A stretch of DNA of 64,000 nucleotides, from contig CM121342.1 of the NCBI GenBank assembly GCA_051530055.1, positions 9,563,480-9,627,479 of the forward strand. Reading direction: 5' to 3'. The DNA is from Neoechinorhynchus agilis (taxonomy: Eukaryota > Animalia > Acanthocephala). Under the pieces are notes generated by a model. It saw nothing but the letters and a program-made list of their open reading frames with translations. It had not been told where the DNA came from and did not search any database. Positions 36,107 to 47,277 of this stretch are shown one piece after another. The position numbers were made by a program, and so were the translations under genes. Within the stretch, counting starts at the first letter, position 1; each line of letters starts with the position of its first letter.

Positions 36107-38040
36107 CTAATGGCGGGCTCGCCGGAATTGAGTATAAGTCAGCATCCCACTTCGAGCAAGTGCCATACCGTTCATTATCCTTCGATTGGCCTCGCGTGCC
36201 CTTGCGAAAGTCCCACGCGGCAACCGTCTCGAATTAAGAATCGGGGAATGTTGTTGCGCAATGTTAACCAAGGCGGCCAATACTTGGTTTTGTTGGGCAG
36301 CGACGATTGTCGCCGGCACGGGCAAATGCTGTCGCTGCATTCGATGTAGGTTCGGTATTGGAAATTGCTGTCTTATTTGAGAGAGATTTATCGAACCAGG
36401 ATTCGGTAGTCGTATCGGTGAACTGGGTGCGATCGGCGGTCGTCCAATCACGTTCAAAGATACTTCCGACGTGGAGTATGAATTGTCAATGTCGCTGTAG
36501 CACCGAAGAGGCCTGTTTCGTGTGAAATCGTCCGTTGAACTCTCAGGATCGTCCACGCGGTCTATTTCAACGGGTATATGCGCCTTAAAAATCGAGGTAC
36601 ACCTAATGGAAAAACATCACTATTCTTCTCTTACTTTGAAACAACGATTAATCTATTTAGATATTCAAGAGGGAATTCTGTACAAAAAAGTAACACCTTT
36701 TGTGGTTTTGATAGCGAACCTTGAAAACTTTTATGAAAACGTCATGATTTTAAAGCAGTTTTTGCGACAACGACACGTCCATAGTTAAAAAAAACATTAA
36801 TTTTTAAAATCTATTAGTAAGAAGAGAAGATAATTTTTGGAATGACGACTAAGTCTAAAAAATCGTTGGATCGCAAGTCAGGGGAATTCCTTTTTTTTAT
36901 GAAAACCAGCGCGTATAACCGTTGATATAAGTCGACAGGTTTGCTGGCCACCGCAGTGATTTTTTTTGGAACAGAAGGTAGAATGACCTTGCGTTGTTTA
37001 TCAATGATTTGTTCTAGATATTGAAATCGTTTTCGCATTCTAATCGACTCGATAACATCGTCGGGTATAGCTGCGTTATTAATTTCTTTGTCCGGTTTAG
37101 CTGGTACTTCTGGTACAGGCAAAATCAATGTAGGCATAACGTTCGCGTTTTTTGTCTTTTGTTTTTGCCTAGCCTTCGTCTTTCGTGATACAGGTTTCGG
37201 TTCAACGGTCTGTAAAAGATTTTCCGCGAGGGACTGTACAATCGTCGTTGAAGGGCACGTGTACTTGAAGAACGCTAAGGGGACAATGGACGCCGGTCTT
37301 TCCAGCGGATAACAATCGTCATCAAATCCGTATACATATACAAGCCAAGAACCTTTCGGCTGTACATTTTCGGATATGTCACTCATGTCCGAGACATGGT
37401 GGTCGTAGACGGGTTGAGGTTCCATTGGAAGACGAGATTCGTTCAGTGGCTGCATCTGGGTTCGTCGACCGCTTCGTAGCGCGATGCGACATAGTAAAAT
37501 ACGAATAAAGTCTGATGGCTCCTTTTGTGCCCAATGATGCTCAATCACGTGCTCGACCGAGGAGAACAAATGGACGCCATGTTCAGGTTTGCCCAAGACA
37601 TGAGAAAACGTCGAGCAGTCAATGTCCGAACACGCAAGTCCTTTTTTGGATATTGTTTCCAATGACGATGCCTTATGAATCAAAGCAAATGCTGTACGTA
37701 CAAAGGGTTTTGCACCTTTATCTTGGTCTTCTGACAAATCATTTCTATGTTTCCAATAACGAGCTATTAGCTCCCCATTTTCGATTCCTTTCGCCTCCGT
37801 GATTTGGTCTTCGGCGAACGTGAGTTTACTGGTCGAATTACTGGCTTTTCGCACTTGTACAAGCAAATCGACGAATTCCTTTTCGGTTCTACGAATCGGA
37901 TACAAATTCCCATTTGTTGAGCGGTGTTTTCGAGGTATTTTGTAATTCATAAGAACCTCATTCAAAGTACTCTTTTCTTGTTCTTCGTCTTCCACAATTG
38001 CCGAAGATTGCTTTTTGTTCGTTTTGGAACGAGTCTGCAT
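36107..38040 (-). CDS. TASOR/FAM208-like protein with pseudo-PARP (DUF3715) domain; exons 38040-36928 and 36562-36107
   Basis: ISKKGL...LGKPEHGVHL, MEPQPVYDHHVS and LVYVYGFDD...RPASIVPLA resemble TASOR motifs (LGSPSMGVYL, LDPTPKHECHVS, YYFYEYGFD...RPRHVCPYA) as I recall them. Confidence 0.7.
36563..36927 (-). other. TA-bounded hairpin intervening sequence (365 nt)
   Basis: TA-tat-caacggttatacgcgc ... gcgcatatacccgttg-aaa-TA; removal is in frame. Confidence 0.75.
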
Positions 38041-40653
38041 CTGCAGAAATACATTTAAAAACAAACGTTTAAATTTTTATTGCAGATGTCATTTTTTAAT
38101 AGTTTGTCAGCGAACATTTTTCGATCACAACATGAAGAGAGAGAAAAGAAGTAATCTGTTGAAATGGAAAACTTTTTAATGACCGCTTGATACGATCGGA
38201 AAATGGACAATAGAAAGTCTGGGTTCGTGTAGAATCCGTTAAAATATTGAACACACAAATTTAGCTTTTAAACACTTTTATAAGAATATTGTTTGGCTAC
38301 AAGTTAAAAATTGTTTTAGCTAAGATTTTTGATTTCTGTTTAAAGGTTCACTTTTGGGTGCACGTGAAATTCAATAAAAATTTAAATGTAAAAAGCATTC
38401 GTAAATGCATGGTACGATTTTGAACCAACCAATCGAGTTATTTAAGAAAATGTCGTAATAACTTTCAAATTCTTTTGAATCTCAGAAGCATTTAAAAATA
38501 ACCTTTTCTAAAATTTTTACATGCAAAATGTCTTAAAATAGTATAGCCAAAGCAAGTACAACATTTACACTAAGAGTTTGAAACCAAGTTTAAAGCAGCA
38601 TTGATGTTAAAAAACATTCATTGGTGTTATGTTGCTTCCGAAGTTCTAAGATTTGCAGAATTAGTAAAACATTTCAGCGTTTGTGGTCTAACCTCTTCTA
38701 GGAGGGATTGAAAGTGATAAGGATAATTTGGGCTTAGAAAAAATACGACGCATTTTGATCGTATTTCAGTCGCTGGTGTGTGTGCCGCGAGGCTAAAAAC
38801 AGACTGACACTTGACAAGACGTTAACTCGAAGTTTCATCTTTGGCAATACACTTTAAAAAAATGAATAATGCGAACTTTTCTTTATGTTAAGATTAGTTA
38901 ACAACTAATTCGTGTAGAATACAAGCAGTTTTCCGCAGCAATAAATACGAGCATTTTGTTACAGAGGGCAATTATATCACGATGATAATAATTATATTAT
39001 CGTGGTTCCTAGACGAGTTTTAAGAAGCCGGAAATTATGACCAAAGCAATACCCACAATAAATCACTTGAAATATGTCGATATGTGAGGTACCAGGGGGA
39101 ATGTGATTGGAATTATTGTTCAGGTCTACACCCGGTAAATGATTATTTATTAAACACGTTTCGAACCTCGTAGGGTTCATTATCAGCTCTACTTGTATTT
39201 TAGAACTGATGATAAATCCGACAAGGTTCAAAGAACGTCTTTAATAAATAATCGTTTACCGGGTCAGAAGTATTCTACATGGCAATTTTAAAATTGTTTT
39301 GAGCATGTTCTGAAAAGAAAAAAACGAAGGTACAAAAGAGCAGCAAATTCCCTTTTCTAGCAAAAGAGTTTAAAGTTGTCGCTGATAATCATGTTCTAGG
39401 TACATTGTAAAGTACAACATCAAAGATGGCTTGAAACAATGGCGACCAAATGTTCCGAGAAAAATTGTGCTTTTCTAAAGCCGGTATTTTTATTGGGTGA
39501 AACCACAATGGTTGAAAATTAGTGTTTATAAATGACCACAAAAAATCAGAAGCACAGGAGTATGGAAAGGAAATTAGTCAGGGATCGGAAAGTAGTATAA
39601 GAGACTCAGCAACGAAACCGACTGAAAGAAAAAACACTCCATAAGTAAACGGATTGACAATGGAAGTTTTCTATGAAAGAGAAAACGACTGAGGGACAAA
39701 AGGCAGGATTAAAAGACTGGGCAACGAAAACAGCTTAAAGAAAAAGAATTTATAGGATGAGTATTCACAAAAGTAGCATATGAATGCAAAATGCGAGACT
39801 AAGCAACCATTGAATACGACGTAGATATTGAGTATAAAAACACGCGTTCATTGCGACGCATTTTTCGATGCATTTAACATTCACGATACGCATGGTTGTG
39901 TATTTTAAATGTACGTTAATTAAGAGTAATTGGTGTAGCCAAAATGCGTTTCCTGGTGCTCGCTATTTATAACAGCGATAGTTTCGACAGGTTATTAAGT
40001 ACATTGAAAAAAACACAAGGGCAACACGGGTAATAATACCCTACAAGCACAAAAGAAACTTTTTAAACATATTCGTTGTAGATTTATAGAAAGTGAAGAA
40101 CCAGACAAAACAAGTTTACGAGGCTAAACTCCAAACACGTTATAATTTGCAAAATATTTGCTTCAATGCGTTTTGAACGACTTAACCATAACAAAAGGAT
40201 TTGACGTTGGGTTTTTAGAGCGTCAAGTCCTTAATTGGAGATACGGTGATAATAATACCCCGAACCGACCTATCCGGCTCGGGTTTGTGATCACTACACA
40301 TCTCCAATTCAATAACCCCGAAGGATTTTCTCTTGATGATCAAATTTTTAACTTTTACCCATTGAAGGCTCAATTGAATGGATTTCATTGTGATCTTCGA
40401 TTGAGCCTTCAATGAGTAACAACTAAAGATTTGACGCTTTAAAAGAAACCGAAAGTGAAACGTAGCGCTTACAAGATTTACACAATGAACTTCCACGAAC
40501 ACAGACAACATAACAAAGAGCCGAAACTCATACAAAAAAGGACCACAGAACGCAAAGTTGACAAAACGAACGAGCAAATTTAAGGAAGGAGAGGGATCGC
40601 TGAGTAAAAGATAATATATACGGAAGAAATCACAATAAACGCGTCGTAAAATT

Positions 40654-41478
40654 TTATTTCTTTTTCACTTTTCGTCCTTTCTTCTTCTTTTTCTTCTTTT
40701 TCTGTTGTGCAATCTCCTTAGTCCTCTTAAAATCATCGTCATTCAGCAATGAAACGAACTTTAAATAGTCGAAACTGTTTTCGTTTTCCGAATTGTTCAA
40801 TGAACGTTTCACCAGAGACTCAAAATACTTGAACAGCGCTGCGCGATCACGGTTTCCAAGTTCAGTTTGTTTTAGACCATCTAAAATTTCCCTAGAATCA
40901 AGACGCCCTTCTCGTAAGGTGTCTAATTTCACAAACATATCTAGTTGATGATTACGGTTTCGAGGAGGATATTAATAAAACCGATAACCGATCAAATGCA
41001 CTAGATCATCGAATTCAACCTCTACATAAGAGTCCATCACCAATCGAACCAATTCTTCTAAACCTAACTTTTTGTCTTTCTTTATCTTTAATTTCGCCAA
41101 AATTAGTTGCAAATGAGCAGGTTTCGTGTAAGGCCATATTTCCTTTATCAGTGTTATCGCCTTCTTTCGACTAATACTCGCTTGGGTTTTAAATTTAACT
41201 TGGTATCGCTTTCTTAACAAACTGTCCAACATTATAATCGAAAAGGAAGAAGACTGTCGGTCATTTGGATTCCATTCGGTACCATGGTAACTGGTAAAGA
41301 TCTTTTCTCGCATTTTGGTCTTTTGACATCTTGGGTTATAATTAATTTCTTCATTACGAATCAATGTGCAATCTGATAAAAAGCTGTAACCGCAATTTTC
41401 GAATGTTTTAAAAAGCAGTGATTTAACCCAAAAAGAAAAATTGTGCACGACGGATGATTTCGATCGGCTTAAAATCAA
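40654..41478 (-). CDS. EF-hand-containing protein with Lys-rich tail; canonical intron 40941-40988; 5' end uncertain
   Basis: MFVKLDTLREGRLDSREI and FDYLKFVSLL EF-hand-like motifs; a 48-nt GT-AG intron joins the two ORFs in frame. Confidence 0.6.
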
Positions 41479-41609
41479 TAACCAACTTCAAAATGCAAAT
41501 TTCATTCGATTAAAACTAATTATAATCCCAAAAAACACGTTTTTTGAAAGCAACTCTTTCATTTATCACACACAGCAACAAAACGTTTCAACAATCACCA
41601 CCGTCCACG

Positions 41610-43520
41610 TTGAAGAGGCATAGATCTATCCTCAGTGATCGCGATTACGCTCGCTGCGTTTCCTCTTTAGATCGCGAGAACAATGTTTTGGCGCAGGAAG
41701 GCACCAGCTCTTGTATTTCCTGTCTTTGCCCGGAGTCTATTCGGTAACTTCGAAGATCTAAGTGCCGAGCTACCGAGCGCACGAAGAGTCTCCACACAAG
41801 AACGTGAGACCTACTTAATTCTCTATATTTCGCCACCTTTCGATCCTCCGCGGAAGTAGCTGCTCTCCCCCTGGGGACAGCACCACAAACTTCCTGTTAG
41901 TTGCCGCGAACGTGTCTACACCCGTGGCGTCCCAGAGAAGACATTTGCCTTCTCGTAACGAGAATACGGTGACGCCATTCGGACGACAACCATCCAGACT
42001 GCACAGGTTGCTTGGCTCTAAAATGTTTGGGACGTTCACCGTAATTAGGGCACGCGAAATTACGTCGTTCAATTCAGCATGCCGTGAGAAACGACCCCCA
42101 TATTTGTTGCAAAGAAGACCATGTCTCCCAAGTGGATCAACGATCTGTCCACACTGGTAACGATGTTCGACACAAATTGATAGACTTAATCTGAGAACTG
42201 CTTCGTCTACGAGGAGTGTTCCTGCGAATGCAATGGGTAGGGCTTTCAACCATGCTCCCGATTCTCTTGTAGAGACTGCCAGCAATCTAGCCCGGTCGAC
42301 CTCGTCGCGAGAGCCTGAAATTAGAGAACTATGAGCTCAGGCGACTAAAGTTTTATCGGAAATTAGTTGTAACCGGTCTTCTCACACCATTCCGGAACCG
42401 CTGCTTGAAATTTGTCCGCTAAACAGAACTTGGGTCCCAATATACGTCCAACTGAGAACGACATCTTATCCTTTAATTGCTGAGGACGAAGTTCATCGAG
42501 GCCATGACCAGAGCCATTGGCGAAGGAGAATATGGCCATTCTCAGTTCAACTGTCGAAGTGGAGTGCCTTTGAGGGACGGAACATGTAGGAATTTCTGTT
42601 TGGGTTAAACTTTGCGGATGCTTCAACTTTAAACCCTGAAGTGTGGGGGCCGAATCACTTGCAAATGTATCAGAGGAGGACAAAATATGGATTGCTCCCC
42701 GAACATCTCCATCGGCGAGTTTTGAAGACACGTGCTTAGCAAGCTGTCTCGTAGATGCTCGATGGCAGTTAGTCTCATTCGCACGTTGTTTGGGATCCTC
42801 CTTTGCTAAACGACGAATGCTCAAGAAACTTTCGTCAAAGGATACGAGGCGTCTTTTGATTACCGCAGTGAGGGACTCATCCGAACTGTCGCCAACGGGA
42901 AGCAAAGAACCGTGTCCAAGAAGACTTTAAAATTTGCTCGAAGCAGTCCAGCAGAAGTGTAGTGAATCCTTTAGCTACTAGATATCGTGCGCCCTTTGGG
43001 ATCCGTTTCAGAATGTTCCTAGGAAGAGTACGTACGAGATCAGCAGCGGAAGGAAGACTGCCGGCGTCATCGGGGAGCGTCGACGGATTTTCTGGTGTTG
43101 TCGGTTGAAGCGATCGCAGGATTTGACCAGATCCTTCACAAAGTGATTTGGCGGGCCCATGAATGCGCAGAACCCCGAATTTCGTGATGGAAAAAGAGTG
43201 TAAACAAACGGGCATATAACTTTGGAAAGGCGGAGCGGGCAAGTTTCCGTCTTCATGTTGTGGTTTAGCATCCAGGTTCCGAGCGAAGCGAGGGGACGGC
43301 ATCGGTGTCGTCGGTGTCGTTGTTGGTGGAGCGCGATTCAGAAAGGGAATGCTGCATCCTCTAGGCAATGGAGGATAAATATGTTCATCCGTAAATTTGT
43401 TATGAAGATTTTCTCGAAAGGATTCGCCCCAGAAAATCGTCATTTATAACAAATTTACGGATGAACATATTTTTCCTTTATTGCCTAGAGGATGCAGCAT
43501 TCCCTTTCTGAATCGCTGAT
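41610..43520 (-). mobile_element. Decayed CRE-clade RLE non-LTR retrotransposon with internal deletion
   Basis: KRIPKGAR, GDVRGAIHILSS, GLDELRPQQLKD, ESGAWLKALP, C..CG..VDPLGRHGLLC, RHAELND, LEP...DG.RP.G, LLWDAT.VDT. Confidence 0.85.
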
Positions 43521-44019
43521 TTTCTGATAAAAACAGTTGGCTGCTTTGTAGTCCTTTGTTGTTGCTAACAACCATTTTCCAACCTCTATTAAAAATTCTG
43601 CGATGCTTGGTGCGACGGCACCGATTGTCTCAATAGCGAGTCTCCTTTTTTCCGTGCCTTTTTCGCCATTTCATCGGCTCTTGAAGCGGATTGGTGAAGA
43701 GATTCGGTTTCGCTGCAGCCAGTTGGCGCGCTCGTTTTTTCCGGTCAGCATAAGAACCGTGAAGGTTTCGAAATTCCTGTTCAAACCAAGGGTCAAGTCA
43801 ATTCCTGAAACGAAAGAATCGTTATTGACAAATGAATTTTTTTACAAGGTCGCCATTGCTTTACGGGGTTCACTTGTGGAGTATTGGTTTCAAATGGTGT
43901 AAAGTTTGAAATTTCTTTTATTGGCGAACATGGCTATTTTTGCCAATCCATAAGGCGTTTTTATTTTAGAGTGCTATCAGAGCATTAAAATGCTTATTCA
44001 TCTCACGCTTTTCTCTCTT

Positions 44020-44440
44020 TCAAGAGGTCGCGTTACCTATGTGATACATGCCGCATCCAATTTTACTACGATTTTGGTTTACACGATCCACCCAACGCTT
44101 CTTCAGTCTCCCTCGGCACCGCCTTCCCAATATCTCGATCACCTCTATGCTTATATCTCCTCTCTCGCTATTCATAACGTTATTGAACCACTGCAATCTT
44201 CTTTGAACTATCACTTCGGTGCATCGGCTCCCTAGCATCCCTCTAATATCCTCGTTTCTTTTCCTATACCTGAATGTGAAGCCAGCTGACCATCTCAACA
44301 TCCTCATTTCATTCGATTCTAATCGACTGAAGTCGTCCACGTAAAGACGGTCCCAAGCCTGGCTGAAAAAGGAGGAGTACTGGCGTCAGGAAGGGCATCC
44401 GGCTGTAAAATTCTTGCCAAATTTTGATCCAAATGACATA
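44020..44440. mobile_element. RTE-type ORF2 3' fragment (minus) joined to the SINE-like head (plus)
   Basis: EMRMLRWSAG...RNEDIR...RRLQWF...RGRLKKRW.D; 44344-44437 is the reverse complement of about 20930-21034. Confidence 0.65.
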
Positions 44441-44566
44441 ATATCGGAATCAATAAATTCTTTTAAATGTTCCGCCATATAAAAACAATTCTAACCATAT
44501 AACCCGAGGTACCTCCTCGTCACATATCGACAGTGTCATTGTTTAGAAACGTTTTCTTTTCAGAAG

Positions 44567-45160
44567 ATGGTATCCTCCAAAAAGAAGCAATCGATGCCGG
44601 ATTATATTCCGGTGGAGCCTCTGTCCGAAGGGATTAAGGAACCAAAACGTGATTCGCAGTCACTGGACACTGGAGATGCGTCTAAACCTGTCGTGGTATA
44701 CTTTGGCCATTTACCAGAGGGCCTATTCGAGTCTCAATTGTATTCTTACTGTTCACAATTTGGATCTATACGGCGACTTAAAATGCCGAGAAGTAAGCGG
44801 ACGCATCGTGTTCGTGGTTATGCGTTTGTGGAATTTGACCGTTTGGACGTTGCCCGAGTTGTTGTAGAGGCCATGAACGGGTATGTGATGTTTGAACGGA
44901 TGCTGGTCTGTAAGATCCGAGAGATGGATGATGAGGAGCGCAATAGATTGTTTAAGTGTTGGGACCAATTTAAAAGACCGAAGAGAGCGCGACTAATGAG
45001 ATGGATACATAATCGAAGTAAGAGTCCTTCGAAGATCGAGAAGTATACACAACGAAGAAAGAAAAACATTCGGCGGAAAATGGAACAAATGAAAACGTTA
45101 GGCATAAATCTAAAAGTGACCGAAAATGGAAGTGTTGGTTGTGAAGAACCTAAAAATTAA
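44567..45160 (+). CDS. NIFK: Nucleolar RRM protein NIFK/Nop15 (intronless)
   Basis: VVYFGHLPEGLFESQL..Y.SQFG.I.RL...RSKRT...RGYAFVEF....A..V.E.MNGY.MFER.L.CK. Confidence 0.85.
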   Translation: MVSSKKKQSMPDYIPVEPLSEGIKEPKRDSQSLDTGDASKPVVVYFGHLPEGLFESQLYSYCSQFGSIRRLKMPRSKRTHRVRGYAFVEFDRLDVARVVVEAMNGYVMFERMLVCKIREMDDEERNRLFKCWDQFKRPKRARLMRWIHNRSKSPSKIEKYTQRRKKNIRRKMEQMKTLGINLKVTENGSVGCEEPKN

Positions 45161-45439
45161 AATCAAAAGCTTCCATATTAGATCAATGGCACTCTATATC
45201 TTCTTTTAGGATATTTTTTAGAGGCCCGCTGGTCCAATTCCGCAAAATATTGTTTTAGCTGTAAAGAAGTTGTTTTCGTGAATATATTCTGTTTGGTGAT
45301 ATAGAGTTTAATTTATTGATTCCTTTTCACAGGAGATGCTTTGTCAATAGAATATCCCGATATTGCTCAGATAACTCGAATGTAATCTGGGTAAAGTTAG
45401 AGTTTTACTCAGAATTATAGGATATCCCATGAAGCATTT

Positions 45440-45800
45440 GGAACGTTGTATAAGAGATGCGAACCCTTTGTAAATTACCAATAACATTCCAACTTAAAAA
45501 GATAGTTGAAATCATCTTGCCAACACAATGCATGGACAAAGGTACTAAAGATTCCCCAAATAAATATGACTTTCCCAAGGTGTACATTAGACAAAGTAAC
45601 AATTTCAATCGTCGAGTTGTAGCGACAAAGAGCTTCGATGAATCATTCGGTTGATTTTGGTTGTGTAAAAACATTGGACCATAACGATGATCGCTATGAG
45701 CCTGTAATTGTCGAAACATTCGAAACTGAGATCCCAACCACCTTGACCATCCTACGTTTTCTAGATTCTGAAAAAGTCCCACGCGTAGAGGACGAAATAT
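45440..45800 (+). mobile_element. Highly decayed Penelope-like GIY-YIG remnant
   Basis: KVYIRQSNNFNRR resembles VYIGQ.....R; multiple stops. Confidence 0.35.
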
Positions 45801-46019
45801 TTAAGACTACCGCTCTGGATCACTCAGCTTCCGTCCTGGTGTAATGGTCGAAAGTACGGATGCTGTCTCAATCTCTTAGACCATTGATTGACCAGGTCCT
45901 GTGCTACGGTATCAAACGACCCGATTGTCTCGACGCCAAAGGGAATAAAATAATGATTTCGACCCAAGTTTCTGTATTTTGTCTTTTTGCGTTATTCGGC
46001 AGCAGTTGCTGCTCCCCCC

Positions 46020-46470
46020 TCCGGTTTAACAGCGGCGAATTTTATGTTGCTGGCTGCTAACATGGCGTCCCAGAGAAGGAATTTTCCTCCCCGCGCCACG
46101 GGAATACTGTGACACCCTCCGGTCTACGGCCATCGAGTGGCAAAGATTGCTCGACTCTAGGATGTTGGGCGCATTCACAGTATTCAGAGCACGACTAAGA
46201 ATTGCGTTCACTTCGGCGTGTCGTAAGTACCTTCCGCCTGATTGCCGACAGACGAGATCATGGCGTCCCGATGGTTTCACGGTCGCTCCGCAACGGCAGC
46301 GATGGGATGTACACATCGGTACCCGAAGTCTCAGGTTCACTGCAATCCTTACTGTCTCGTCGGAGAGAAGGGTACCCACAGAAGCGATTGGGATAGCGTT
46401 GAGCCAAGCACCCGATTCTCTTGTAGAGAATGCCGTCAATCGCCAGCGATCGAAGTGTGCATCGTAAATG
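46020..46470 (-). mobile_element. CRE-clade retrotransposon fragment
   Basis: ESGAWLNAIPIASVGTLL, HRCRCG, RHAEVN, NILE.SNL. Confidence 0.8.
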
Positions 46471-46790
46471 TCATATTTGCTTTAAACCGAAAAGAGAAGA
46501 TGTAAAACTGGCTCACATGATTGTTCTATTGGCTGAAATACATTGACTGACCCGAATAAAAATGAAAGGTAATATTGTTCCGACCATAATCTTCTTGGGC
46601 GATTTCAATGCAGTTTCGGATTCAACATTATGGCGGTTTATAGCTGGCGGAAAGATCGATCTTGGAAACGTAAAAAGGGACACATGAGACCGTTTGGACT
46701 TTATTCTTGAAATGGTCCGTTGAGTGATTACTATGTCACTGTCGACCACGTATTCTATTCGAATGGGGACGACGTCGCTTTGGATCCAGT
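46469..46790 (+). pseudogene. Angel/CCR4-family EEP domain fragment with in-frame stops
   Basis: HICFKPKREDVKLAHMIVLLAEIH*...PTIIFLGDFNAVSDSTLWRFIAGG and VTVDHVFYS; 5' end abuts the CRE fragment. Confidence 0.6.
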
Positions 46791-47277
46791 TTCAAAATTA
46801 AAGATCTTTATCCTCATCGTGCTGGTCCAAATGGACAGAAGACGCATTTCTAAAGTGAGTGGTAAATTGTGCCCTGGAGTGTCTATAAAGCGAGCGATAC
46901 GAGATGTGAAATCCAGTGGAAGGACGAATTCTAAAAAGAGGAAAAAGGTGAATGAGCGTTGGTTGGGTTCGTTAAGTTCGTTATTAGACCCCTTTAAAGT
47001 GTGATTTTCATCTATTAGTCCATGCGACTACAAAAAACACGATCAATAAACAGTACGAGTTCTGAGATTTTTTCGATCTCAAGCGTTCTTTTCAAAGTTG
47101 AGATCGGGAAGTGGAGGAGAACAAAGCGTGCTATTCACAACAAAAAGAGGTGAAACTATTTCGACTTTAATTTTTCGTCCATGATTTGCTGAATTCGTAA
47201 CTTTTTCGAAACGGAACACTTGAATTCGTGATGTTTTAAAGCCGTTTCACATTTTAGATAGGTCGTCCATGTTTTCA

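Noticed and set aside
38033-38090. 8-bp inverted repeat catctgca/tgcagatg at the TASOR-like start
   Set aside because: No TA/TA boundary; simply explained as an acceptor directly before the ATG.
40941-41010. 7-bp inverted repeat near the EF-hand intron
   Set aside because: A clean 48-nt GT-AG intron restores the frame, and no TA-type junction is in frame.
41420-41620. CA/CA-bounded hairpin that could give the EF-hand gene a start (MPL|HNF)
   Set aside because: The 5' arm and ATG lie in the coding tail of the adjacent CRE element.
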